Shown one piece after another: positions 44,901-55,083 of a DNA stretch of 64,000 nucleotides (the first letter of the stretch is position 1; each line of letters starts with the position of its first letter). Position numbers and translations under genes: made by a program. The stretch spans positions 189,098-253,097 of the forward strand of contig CAVPBT010000005.1 of assembly GCA_963701935.1 (NCBI GenBank). The letters are read 5' to 3'. The DNA comes from an uncultured Acidobacteriaceae bacterium (GTDB lineage: Bacteria; Acidobacteriota; Terriglobia; Terriglobales; Acidobacteriaceae). The notes under the pieces were generated by a model, which had not been told where the DNA came from, searched no databases, and saw nothing but the letters and a program-made list of their open reading frames with translations.

Positions 44901-45307
44901 TGATCAAGCCACCGCGAAAAAAACGGCTTGCGACCGTCCTTCAACAGATCGTGCAGCGAGGACAACAGAATATTCGGCGGTTGCGACTTCGATACGAACG
45001 AATCCACCGAAGTCAACTTGTTCTTCGGCAGCGGTCCGTAGGCGGACAAGAGCATGATCGGGACGCGCGCGTTGATCCTCTTCATCCTCGCCGCCACCAC
45101 GTCGCCGTTCATCCCGGGCATCTGGTAGTCGACGACTACCGCATCCACCGCATGGGAGCGGAACAGCTTCAAGCCCTCGTCCCCACCAACCGCTTCCAAC
45201 ACTTCATAGCCGCTCTGCTCCAGCAGCATCTTCCGGCCCATGAGGCCGTTCCAGTGGTCGTCTATGCAGAGAATTCTTGCCTTTGCGCGAGACATAACTC
45301 GTTCCAT
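44867..45307 (-). CDS. stand-alone response regulator receiver protein
   Basis: I chose the start at MERVMSRAKARILCIDD (45307; 45295 is also possible). Receiver motifs are ILCIDD, VVVDYQMPGMNG and MLLSAY. Confidence 0.8.
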   Translation of the reverse strand: MERVMSRAKARILCIDDHWNGLMGRKMLLEQSGYEVLEAVGGDEGLKLFRSHAVDAVVVDYQMPGMNGDVVAARMKRINARVPIMLLSAYGPLPKNKLTSVDSFVSKSQPPNILLSSLHDLLKDGRKPFFSRWLDHWKHRNQGAPH

Positions 45308-45500
45308 CTGGCCAGAATGAAAGTCGTTCAGCGCGTAACTCCCAGACAGGAAGCTGCGTTTGCTGGACTGCGAAGTGGTGGGCACCTTGATTCTGCTTGT
45401 GCAGCCGCGCCCTTTCAAATTACGAATGTGCACTTCAGAGTCAGTTACCCACCCGCGCGAGATCGCCGGCTGTGTCCTCGACTCAACTCGAATGTCGGCA

Positions 45501-45532
45501 AACAAAAAGGGCGAGCCGTCACCGGCTCGCCC
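45501..45532 (-). terminator. intrinsic terminator after the OmpA-like gene
   Basis: On the minus strand it reads GGGCGAGCCG-GTGA-CGGCTCGCCC followed by TTTTTGTT, starting 17 nt after the stop at 45550. Confidence 0.7.
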
Positions 45533-45549
45533 TCTCGAAACCGAACGCT

Positions 45550-46386
45550 CTAGTGCTGGACCATCGCCAGATCGTTCTTCATCAGATTCACTTCTACGCG
45601 TCCCCCGCTCGTGGGCTTCGCCGTGGTTCCCTCTGCCGCTGCGTTCCCCAGACTCATGGTGTAAATGCGGTACACCGGAATCTGATGGTTAAGCACCAGA
45701 TAACGCACCACGGAGTCCGCTATCTTCTGCGAACTGGCCATCGCCGCCTGACCGTGGCCGGCCGAGTATCCGCGCACTTCAATGATGTAGCTTCGCTGGC
45801 CCTTCAGCGGAGCCGCCATCTCGTCGAGTGCATCCTTCGCCGCCTTGCTCAGGACCGTCTGCCCCGCGCGGAAGCGAATCTCAGTCTGCCCGGTTCCCTT
45901 GTATTGATCAATGCTCCCGACCATCTGCTCGGCCGTCGAAACTCGCGTGGAGGCCTGCGTGGCTGCCGTCTGCGCCAGTTGCGCCTTGTTGGCGGCATCG
46001 CTGGCATGCTGATCCGCCAGGCTGCTCTTTTCCGACGCCATCTGAATGCCTTGGGTCGCACGCGCATCCACGTCCTTGATCGCCTTGCTGTTTTCGGAGG
46101 TCAACTGATCCAGTTCGTTAATGCGGTCCCGGATCGGCGTCACCCGCCTCTGCACCCACTTCTTATTGGCAAACGGGTGCGTAATCAGATTCACGAAATT
46201 CGGATCGTCGCCGTCCCAGAAGTTCACTGGCTTGTCCTCCGGAATCGGTTGCAGGTCGCTGTCGCTCGCGCTCTGCGAACTGGAAGCCGTTGCCGGCTGC
46301 GCGTTCGAGTTCGACGGCTGCTGCGCGAAACCGGGCAGGGCAAGCACCATACATAGGATCATGAGTAGGAATATTCGATTTTTCAT
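45550..46386 (-). CDS. OmpA-like domain protein with coiled-coil spacer
   Basis: The ATG at 46386 gives the signal peptide MKNRIFLLMILCMVLALPGFAQQ. The middle is Ala/Gln-rich and helical. The C-terminal ...IIEVRGYSAGHG...SQKIADSVVRYLV...IPVYRI... is loosely OmpA_C-like. Confidence 0.6.
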   Translation of the reverse strand: MKNRIFLLMILCMVLALPGFAQQPSNSNAQPATASSSQSASDSDLQPIPEDKPVNFWDGDDPNFVNLITHPFANKKWVQRRVTPIRDRINELDQLTSENSKAIKDVDARATQGIQMASEKSSLADQHASDAANKAQLAQTAATQASTRVSTAEQMVGSIDQYKGTGQTEIRFRAGQTVLSKAAKDALDEMAAPLKGQRSYIIEVRGYSAGHGQAAMASSQKIADSVVRYLVLNHQIPVYRIYTMSLGNAAAEGTTAKPTSGGRVEVNLMKNDLAMVQH

Positions 46387-46645
46387 TTTCGACTTTCTTG
46401 TTCCGAGTGGCACGGGGGCTCCACTCCAGCCAGATGGGAGTCTTGCTAGAACGTATAGATTGTGCTCCGGGCGGGCCAAAGGTGCAAGCCGATTCTTCAC
46501 GCCAAAACGTGCCCCGAAAGTCCCAAAAACCGCGCCCATCAGCGCTTCTGGCCGGAAGGCCAGCTGGAGTATAATAGGGGGGTTGTTATCATACTTCATC
46601 CGTCAACGATCCACCTATTACCCAACCGGAATCCAGGTATCCTAA

Positions 46646-46876
46646 ATGTCAGCTCGAAATGCCATCCTCCGCGCCAAATTGATGCAATTAGGCTTCACCC
46701 AGGAAAACCAGATGCGGCTCTACGGCGAGGAATTTCGATTCCTCAGTGATCCCATTGTCATGCCTGACGGTGCGGTCTTTGTGGACGCCATCGAGAAGCG
46801 CTCGCACCAGACAAGGCGAGTTCGTGTTCCCTTGCCCATCGTGAACATAGCGAGCGCGGAGCGGAAAGCCGCCTGA
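46646..46876 (+). CDS. hypothetical small protein
   Basis: 76-aa ORF in an otherwise empty gap. I recognise no motif. Confidence 0.4.
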   Translation: MSARNAILRAKLMQLGFTQENQMRLYGEEFRFLSDPIVMPDGAVFVDAIEKRSHQTRRVRVPLPIVNIASAERKAA

Positions 46877-47003
46877 AGCCCTTGTTGCCCTGAATTGCTC
46901 TGGTCTCCCTGTTCGCCTGCTCCGTGATCATCGTCACTGCGAGCCCGCGGTTCCTCGTCTAGCATAAAGCTGCGGCGACGAAGGTTTCTCCGCGGAGGCC
47001 CCC

Positions 47004-47504
47004 ATGTCACCTCAGAATCCCTCTCTTGAAACGATCGAAGGCTTCCTGGCTCAGAAGCGAATCGCAATGGTCGGGATCTCCCGGGAACCCCGCAGCTTCA
47101 GCGTCATGCTCTTTGACGAACTCTGCCGCCGCGGCTACGATGTCGTTCCCGTAAACCCCCATATCCCCAACGTACTGGGCCGCCGCTGTTTCGCCCGTTT
47201 GCAGGACATCCAACCGCCCGTCGATGCTGCCCTGCTGATGACCTCTCCGGCCGTAACCGACACCGTCGTCTCGGACTGCGCCGACGCCGGAATCCACCGG
47301 GTTTGGATGTACCGTGCCGCCGGAAGCGGTGCCGTCAGCCCAAAAGCGGTCGCGTTCTGCCAGGAGCGAGGAATCCAAGTGGTGCCGGGGCAATGCCCCT
47401 TCATGTTCTTGCCCAGCGCCGGAACGATCCATCGACTCCACGGTATGTTTCGCAGAATCACAGGCCGCTATCCATACCACGCCGCCCAACCGATCGCACA
47501 TTAA
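47004..47504 (+). CDS. CoA-binding domain protein (YccU-like)
   Basis: ...KRIAMVGISREPRSFS...GYDVVPVNPH...VDAALLMTSPA... fits the CoA_binding_2 pattern. Confidence 0.75.
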   Translation: MSPQNPSLETIEGFLAQKRIAMVGISREPRSFSVMLFDELCRRGYDVVPVNPHIPNVLGRRCFARLQDIQPPVDAALLMTSPAVTDTVVSDCADAGIHRVWMYRAAGSGAVSPKAVAFCQERGIQVVPGQCPFMFLPSAGTIHRLHGMFRRITGRYPYHAAQPIAH

Positions 47505-47796
47505 CCGCGCGGGTACGAATGCCGCGCGTACGCAGAGGCCGCTGATATTTAAGCGGGGCGTAGCATAAGCCACGGATGTGCTTAGGTCACACGTGCGACA
47601 TTTGCCGCGGATATTCCTCGGCCGTTCGTACTGGAGAGAAGTGTGCAGAAGCCACCCATTTGCATAAGACCGCGCGCACAATGCAGACGCGTCCGCAGAA
47701 CCGTGGAAGAGCGGCCCTTCAGGGCTGCGTAAGACGCGCGATATGGGCCTGGGCTTTAGCCCCTGTGCGTCCTCCTACGAACCAAAGTAATGCTCA

Positions 47797-47812
47797 TGTG
47801 AGCGAAATCACA
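47797..47812. promoter_or_regulatory. CRP/FNR-family type site TGTGAGCGAAATCACA
   Basis: TGTGA-N6-TCACA. Its centre lies about 43 nt upstream of the ATG at 47848. Confidence 0.45.
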
Positions 47813-47847
47813 CCGAAACGACCAACCCATCAGATGAAATAAGCCTA

Positions 47848-48435
47848 ATGCGCCCTTGCCGCTCCATGCTCCGCATCCTTGCGCTCGTCGCCACCTTGAC
47901 CGTGGGCCCCGTCGCAACCCATGCCTCCCCGTTCGTCGTTTTCCCCAAAGCCAGCGAACTCATCTCCCCCGACGGTCGATTTGCGGTGCGCAACATCGAC
48001 GCAACCAACTCCACCTCCGATTTCGTCGGCACCTTCCACGCGCTCTGGCTCTACGAACTCGCCACCGGCCGTTCCCGCAAACTCTGCGACTATATGGGCG
48101 TCGCGGCCGCGGCCTGGTCGGAAAATAACTTCCTCGTGGTCACCCAATACGTCAGCAAACGGACCTCCCGGACACTCGTTTTCTCAGCCGTCAACCAACA
48201 GGATCCGGTCATGCTCGACAGCGCCACTCTGATCCGCCTGCTTCCCCCAGACCTCCGCGCCGCCCTGCGCGAAAATGATCACGTCTTCGTCGAAGGCTCC
48301 CGCGTCGCACAAGACACTCTCCACCTCTCCGTCTGGGGATACGGCCAGCACGACCGCAACGGCTTCCGCTACCGCTGCCAATACAGCCTGCACGAAGGCG
48401 CCATCACCTGCGTCGCAGAACGCGGCTCGCACTAG
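47848..48435 (+). CDS. hypothetical secreted protein
   Basis: 195 aa. The signal peptide is MRPCRSMLRILALVATLTVGPVATHA. I recognise no family. Confidence 0.55.
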   Translation: MRPCRSMLRILALVATLTVGPVATHASPFVVFPKASELISPDGRFAVRNIDATNSTSDFVGTFHALWLYELATGRSRKLCDYMGVAAAAWSENNFLVVTQYVSKRTSRTLVFSAVNQQDPVMLDSATLIRLLPPDLRAALRENDHVFVEGSRVAQDTLHLSVWGYGQHDRNGFRYRCQYSLHEGAITCVAERGSH

Positions 48436-48753
48436 AAAGCCCCGCACGAACGTATAAAGATTGATTCGTACGCAAGGTTCCCGGCTGGGGCATGGCTTTA
48501 CAGGCTGCGGAAAAACCCAATTTGGAGCGGATTTGGGAAGGGCACGAGTTCCACTCGTGCCGCTAAGTCGTTCAAATATGTCCGCGCTTCAGCGCCTGAG
48601 GGACCTTCAGGGCGCGCACGGCCAGTTTCTCCACAGCCTGTTCATTCATGCCTCCACCGATCACTGCACTGCGGTCTTTATCGTGCGAGGACCCCGCAGG
48701 CAATTTTTGTTCTTCAACCTCGTCTGGCGCGCTTCGGCGAGTTACACTTCGAC

Positions 48754-51275
48754 ATGGTCCGCATCGGGCCCATAACGGGTTGGATCGAAGCTCTGGGGCA
48801 GGACTTACGCTACGCGGCTCGGGGACTGTGCAAAGCGCCCGGCTTTACTCTGGTAGCCGTGCTGACGCTGGCCCTCGGAATCGGCGGCACCACAACGATT
48901 TTCAGCGCCATCGATGCACTGCTGCTGCGTCCACTTCCTTATCCAGAGCAAGACCGGCTGGTTGCCCTATCGAATCACTACGGGAAATTCCCGCAAGATC
49001 GTGGGCCGGTTTCGAGCACCGACGTCGCTCATTGGAGAGCCGATAACCAGGTGTTCGAGCAAATCGAATTCGTATCGGGTCCGGACATGGTGGCAATGTC
49101 GAGCGCGGGCTCCGCGGAACGAGTTGGCGTGCAACATATCAGTCCGCGCCTGCTGGCACTGCTGGGGATCGGATCTTTTCTGGGTAGCATTCCCACTGAC
49201 GAAAAGACCGTGCGGCTGGGTTCGACCGGTGTCGCTCTTAGCTATGAATTCTGGCAGCGCCATTTCGCAGGCGATCCGAAGATTCTTGGGCGAAGCGTTT
49301 TCGTTGACACGTTCTCCGGACCCGTCATTGCGGTTTTGAATCCGGGATTTGATCTTTTCGGATCAGGGCCTCCGGAGCTTTTCATCATCGAAGGTACGGG
49401 AAATGCCGCTGATTCCGGCACAAGTGATCCGAGATGGCTGACGGCGATTGGGAAACTGAAGCCGGGCGTGTCTGCCGAGCAAGCCCAATCGGCGATGAAC
49501 CTGACGGCGCTGCGCTTGGCGCAGGCTTTTCCCGAGGCCTATAAAGACGTGGGAGTGAAGGTTGAGCCTTTGCAGAAGGGCCTGTTCGGCTGGTCGACCG
49601 AGATCTTTTACCTGCTCTTCGCGGCGGTGGGATTCGTTCTGCTGATTGCGTGTACGAATGTCGCCAACTTGCTGCTGGTTCGTGGGGACGGACGGCGAAG
49701 GGAAATTGGGGTGCGCGTCGCGCTGGGCGCGAGCCGGAGAAGTCTAATCCAGCAGCTATTGACCGAAAGCGTCCTGCTCGCCTTGGCGGGTGGACTCGCT
49801 GGTCTCGTCCTGTCTTTCGTCGGCGTCCGGATTCTCATTGTTCTGTCGACGCACCTGCTTCCAACCGCAGGAGTTGGTGTGAATGGCCGGGTATTGCTCT
49901 TTACGTTCGGCATCTGCGTCCTGACCGGGCTGGTGTTCGGACTGATCCCGGCTTATCGGGCCTCGAAAAACGACCCGAATGAATGTTTGCGAGAGGGTGG
50001 CCGGAGCACGGCCACCAAGTCGCGCCATCGCACGCGCAACATCCTTGTGGTGGCTGAGATCGCGGTGGCGCTGGTGTCGTTGATTTGCGCGGGTCTGATG
50101 ATCAACACGGTGGCTCGCATCCTGCGCACGAGCCCGGGGTTTGATCCCGACCATCTGCTAACGGCAGAAGTGCGGCTGACGGGTGACAAGTACATGAATG
50201 CGATGGATCAGGATAAAACTGGATTGAACCTGATCAAGCCACCGGTGGAGATTTTCTGCCGGCAGGTGCTGGAGCGCCTCAGAACATTCCCGGCGTCGAA
50301 AATGTGGCGTTAGTCGACTGGCTTCCGCTCGCGGAGAACGCCCAACATGCCTTTCCGGGCTTCACGATTGCAGGCAAAAGCGTGGACGCTTCGGCGGAAA
50401 AACCGAGCGCCATTCGCGATTCTGTCAGTGCGGATTATTTTCACTTGATGGGCATTCCGATCCTGCGAGGCCGCGGCATCACGGAGCAGGATACGGAGAC
50501 ATCTGCTCCCGTGGTTGTGATTAGCGAAGAGATGGCGCGGCAGTTCTGGCCCAAAGAAGATCCTATCGGCCGCGAGATTACGTTTGATTCTTCGCCGGAG
50601 GAAAAGCCCCGGCAAATTGTGGGCATTGCGGGCAACGTAAAACAGTATGCGTTGACGCGGGATTCGCAAGTTCAGGCGTATGTTTCTTATCTGCAACTGC
50701 CGGTGCGCACGGTACCCAGTTGGACGGAGAGCCGGGTTCATAAGAGCTTGGTCATTCGCACACGGTCGACTTCTGCGGCGCTGATCGAGAGCGTGCGGAG
50801 AACGATTTCGGGCCTGGCGCCAGATTCACCGGTCTTCGGGGTTCGGATGGTGGAGAAAACGGTCTCGAACTCGGCGCGGCCCTGGACTGTTCTCTCGCAA
50901 ATGCTGGGACTGTTTGCCGTGATGGCCTTGATTCTCGCCGCGATCGGAATCTACGGGGTGATTTCCTATTCCGTCAGCGAACGCAGCCATGAGCTTGGCC
51001 TGCGCATGGCGCTGGGAGCGCAGCCGAGGCATGTAGTCCGGCTCGTTCTGGGGCAGGCCATGACCCTCTCCGTCCTTGGCGTGATCATAGGCGTGGCCGC
51101 ATCTTTTGCCGCTGCGCCCCTGCTGGCAGAATTCCTCTACGGAGTGAAACCTCACGATGTGACGACGCTGACTCTGGTCTCATGCCTTTTGATTGTTGTA
51201 ACGTTTTTCGCCAGCTATATTCCGGCTCGGCACGCCACTCAGATTGATCCCATGGAGACGCTTCGACACGATTAG
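48754..51275 (+). pseudogene. ADOP-family duplicated FtsX/MacB-type permease, one frameshift as sequenced
   Basis: The hallmark N-terminus is ...QDLRYAARGLCKAPGFTLVAVLTLALGIGGTTTIFS. Two FtsX halves are split between ORFs 48754-50313 and 50304-51275. The total length is 2522 nt (3n+2). Restoring one A near 50283 gives ...ERLRNIPGVENVALVDWLPL.... Confidence 0.85.
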
Positions 51276-51655
51276 TCTTCGAATGCTGACCCCGGGCCGA
51301 AATTTTCCACAGCCCTGTTGTGACATCTGACCTTGACCCTGAAATTCAAAGAGCAGATCATCGTTAAGGCGGAGGCGGTGTACGCGAGGCTCGCGAAAAA
51401 CGAGCTAACTCCTTTGCCCTCAAGATCTTGACCCCTAAACCCTTGGGGCTCAAGATTTTGCAGACCATTTTTGCTGCACCCGCGCCAGTCAAGGCTTTCA
51501 GAGGGGGTGGGGGGAGGGGGGTACCCGCAAACCCAGCGCGTTCCCAGAACGAAACAGCACAAAACGCTCTCTCGGCGCTTGTCGTCCAAGATTTTTTTCG
51601 TCAGATTTTCACTGCTTGAAGAACTGAGGAGTTGAGGATTACGGCTTCGGTGAGA

Positions 51656-51880
51656 TCAGAACTGCTGTGGCGGATAGTGCGTGTTCTTCCGTTCGGTCTT
51701 CAGCATTTTCTTCTCGGCTTTCTTCTGTGACTTCGCATACTTCTTCTGCGCCTTCTGCTGCTTCTTCTCCGCCTTCCGAACATCACGGGCTTGCGATGAG
51801 GAACTCGCCTCGGCCAACTCTACCGACCCGCACCCAACCGTCAAGATGCCCAGAAGCATCCAAGCGCCGAATTTCTTCAT
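51656..51880 (-). CDS. small Lys-rich lipoprotein
   Basis: 74 aa. [17 protein letters not shown] carries a lipobox-like motif, followed by KKxQK repeats. Confidence 0.55.
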   Translation of the reverse strand: MKKFGAWMLLGILTVGCGSVELAEASSSSQARDVRKAEKKQQKAQKKYAKSQKKAEKKMLKTERKNTHYPPQQF

Positions 51881-52009
51881 GATCTCTCCCGCGACTTGCG
51901 CTCTTGCATTGATTTTACATCAGACTCGCAGGCAGTCCTCCAGCACCGCGTCTCCAGCGAGATGCCGCGAACGTTGAAGCTCCGGATCTTTCAGCGCCCG
52001 AAAGAAGTC

Positions 52010-53348
52010 CTAGTCCTTAACAGCTTTGTCCGTAATCTCGAGCCCCTTGTCGATAATGGCAAACGCCTCGCGCAGTTGCTGCTCGTTAATGCACAGCGGA
52101 GGATTCGTGTAGAACGAATTCCAGCGCACGATGGTGTAAAGCCCCTGCTCGCGGAAGAAACGCCCGAGCGCTCCCATCTCTTCGGACGTCCCATTGAACG
52201 GAGCCATCGGCTGCCGCGTCTTCCGGCTGCGCACTAACTCCACAATGCCGAATAGCCCGATCGACCGCACCGCTCCGACCGACGGATGTTTCGCCTGCAA
52301 ATCCGCGCCCAGTTGCTTCATGATCGCGCCCATCTTCCGTGCGTTCTCGATGAGATGATCTTCTTCATAGACGCGAATTGTGGCCAGCGCTGCCGCGCAT
52401 CCCATGGGATGCGAGTTGTAAGTCAGCCCTCCGTAAAACACCTTGTCCTGGAAGTGCTGCGCAATGTGATGCCGCATTCCCACCGCACCCAAAGGAAGAT
52501 AGCTCGCCGTCAGTCCCTTTGGCCATGCAGATCAGGTCAGGTACAACTTTCCAGTGATCGATGGCAAACCACTCGCCCGTGCGTCCAAATCCCGCCATGA
52601 CTTCATCGGCGATCATCAGAATGCCATACTTGTCGCACAGCTTGCGCACACCCTCGAGATATCCATCCGGAGGAATGAGAATGCCGTTGGTCCCAACGAC
52701 GGTCTCCAAGATGAAGGCAGCGATCGTATGCGGTCCCTCGAGCTGAATCGTCTCCTCGATCATGGCGAGCGAAGTCTCGGCCGACTCCCAACCGCGCTCG
52801 ATGCCGTGATAAGGATCCAGCACACGCACTACGCCAGGAATGCCCGGTTCTGCGGCCCAGCGCCGCGGATCGCCCGTCAGTGAGATCGCGCCCGCAGTCG
52901 CGCCGTGATACGAACGGTAGCGAGCCATGATCTTGTGCCGTCCGGTGAAGAAGCGCGCGATCTTGATCGCGTTCTCATTGGCCTCAGCTCCGCCATTCGT
53001 GAAGAAGAACGTATCGATATCGCCCGGCGTAATCTCGGCGAGTTTCGCGCCCAGCCGCGCCCGCGGCTCGGTCGCCATGAACGGATTCGCATAGGCCAGC
53101 GTCTGTGCCTGCTCGTGAATCGCAGCGATCACACGCTCGTCCCCATGTCCAATGTTTACCGACATCAACTGGCTGTTGAAGTCGATGAAGCGCTTGCCCT
53201 CAGGCGTCCAAAAGTAGATGCCCTTAGCTTTGGCAACCGGAATGGGATCGACCTTCGACTGCGCCGACCACTCAAACAGCGTGTGTTTCTTGGTGAGATC
53301 AACGATTTCCTGACCGGTCATCGAGGGAGTTGCAAGAGTAGTAGTCAT
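52010..53348 (-). pseudogene. class-III (omega-amino acid:pyruvate-type) aminotransferase, one frameshift as sequenced
   Basis: The ATG at 53348 gives [16 protein letters not shown].... Motifs are ...[10 protein letters not shown]... and ...[15 protein letters not shown].... The frame breaks right after the PLP-lysine motif. Removing one base at 52514-52517 gives [19 protein letters not shown]. The total length is 1339 nt (3n+1). Confidence 0.85.
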
Positions 53349-53494
53349 AGATTCCTCAGATATGAAGTCGATTTGCCACAGAGTCATTGAGTGACACGGA
53401 TCGAATGCTAGGGCGTGATTCTTACGGCACCTAACTCGTATGAGCCATCTTGTCCTTGCATTTCTCCGTGACTCTGTGTCTCCGTGGCTCGATT

Positions 53495-54986
53495 CTAAAA
53501 CTTGCGGCTGTGCTCTTTCGCCCAGCGTTCGACCACAACTTTCTTGTCGGTGTAGAACTCGATGGCAGTCGCGGCCCTGGCCGTGCAGATCGCCGAAGAA
53601 GCTGTTCTTCCATCCGCTAAACGGAAAGTAAGCCATGGGCGCGGCGACTCCGATGTTGATGCCGATATTGCCCGCAGGCGCTTCGTAGCGGAAGCGGCGC
53701 GCGGCCGAGCCGCTCGACGTAAACAGCGACGCCTGGTTGCCATACGCGCTGCGTTCGAGGAATGCCAGAGCTTCGTCCATGTTGTCGGCATGAACGAGGC
53801 TGAGCACCGGACCAAAGATCTCGGTATCGGCAATGTCGCTCGTCGGCGGAACCGCGTCGAGAATCGTGGGCTTCACGAAGTTGCCGGATTCGTATTTCGG
53901 AATCTTCGAGTTGCGCCCGTCGAGCAGGACTTTGGCGCCTTGCTTCTCTCCCAGCCCGATCAGCGATTCCACGCGTTCCTTGCTCTGCGGCGTGATCACC
54001 GGTCCCATCTGCACACCGTCCTCAAGACCGTTGCCGACTTTCAGTTTCGAAGCCGCCTCGGCAATCGAGTCGCGGAACGTCCTCTGCGCCTCGCCGATCG
54101 TGATCGCAGTTGAGACAGCGAGACAACGCTGTCCCGCGCAGCCGAAGGCGCTGTCGCTGATGATCTGCGTCGCCATCGGCATGTCCGCATCCGGCAGAAC
54201 GACAACGTGATTCTTCGCGCCGCCCTGACACTGGCAGCGCTTCCCTTGCTCGCCCGAGCGCGCGTAGATGTAGCGCGCCACTGGAGTCGATCCGACGAAG
54301 CTGATCGCGCGCACCTTCGGATGGTCGATGAGCGCATCAACAACGGCCTTGCCGCCGTTCACCAGATTCACGACGCCCTTCGGCAATCCAGTCTTCGCCA
54401 GCAGTTCATACACGTAGCGCATGGTCAGCGGCACGCGCTCGCTCGGCTTCAGGATGAACGTGTTCCCCGTGGCGATGGCGTAAGGCAGATACCAGAACGC
54501 GATCATGCCGGGAAAGTTGAAGGGCACGATCGCGGCGGTAACGCCGAGCGGTTGCCGGATCATCATCTCGTCGATGCCGCGGGCAACATCTTCGAGGTTG
54601 TAGCCCTGCATCATCATCGGAATGCCGCAGGCTACTTCCACATTCTCGATGGCGCGGCGCATCTCGGCCTTGGCTTCGGTGAAGGTCTTGCCGTTCTCGG
54701 TGGTGATGATGCGGGCGATGTCGTCGATGTGCTCTTCGAGCAGCATCTTCAGCTTGAACAGCGGCTGGATGCGGTCTTCAGGCGGAGTGCGCCGCCATTC
54801 CGGAAACGCTGCGGCCGCGGCTTCTACAGCTGTGGCCACTTCGGCCGCGTCGGCGAGCGGAACGCTGGCCAGGACTTCGCCCGTAGCTGGATTGACGACG
54901 TCGCGCCATTCGGAGGAGCGCGAGTCGGTCCATTGGCCGTTGATGTAGTTCGTGAGCTTGGTGACGGGAGGTGCGGCTACGCTCAT
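53495..54986 (-). pseudogene. mmsA: CoA-acylating methylmalonate/malonate-semialdehyde dehydrogenase, one frameshift as sequenced
   Basis: The ATG at 54986 gives [19 protein letters not shown].... A further motif is ...[12 protein letters not shown].... Removing base 53567 restores ...[24 protein letters not shown]... to the stop at 53495. The total length is 1492 nt (3n+1). Confidence 0.85.
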
Positions 54987-55083
54987 GATAATGCCTCTGC
55001 TATCGCGAAGAGTTTCGTGCGCGGGAAGTCGCACATGTCACGCGTGCGAATTCCCTCTGACTCCAACTAATGATACCGCTATA

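Noticed and set aside
46395-46440. Possible sigma54 -24/-12 promoters: minus-strand CTGGCTGGAGTGGAGC upstream of the OmpA-like gene, plus-strand TGGCACGGGGGCTCC at 46409, and GGGCACCTTGATTCTGC at ~45377
   Set aside because: None has the TTGC -12 element at the correct spacing, or it points away from any gene. At best they match the GG/GC dinucleotides, which is expected by chance in GC-rich DNA.
51330-51440. Short frame TTG-...TLKFKEQIIVKAEAVYARLAKNELTPLPSRS* that vaguely resembles an antitoxin N-terminus, and the 105-aa minus ORF 51272-51589
   Set aside because: There is no RBS and no partner toxin ORF, and the frames are riddled with stops nearby. The minus ORF is built from the repeat elements and the C-run complementary to the G-tract.
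52365-55034. 889-aa ORF that looks like an aldehyde dehydrogenase-aminotransferase fusion protein
   Set aside because: Two frameshifts (53567 and ~52514) produce it. The linking 60-residue stretch is translated 3' end, intergenic spacer and RBS (...[35 protein letters not shown]...). The proper stop of mmsA (53495) and the ATG with RBS of the aminotransferase (53348) are both present.
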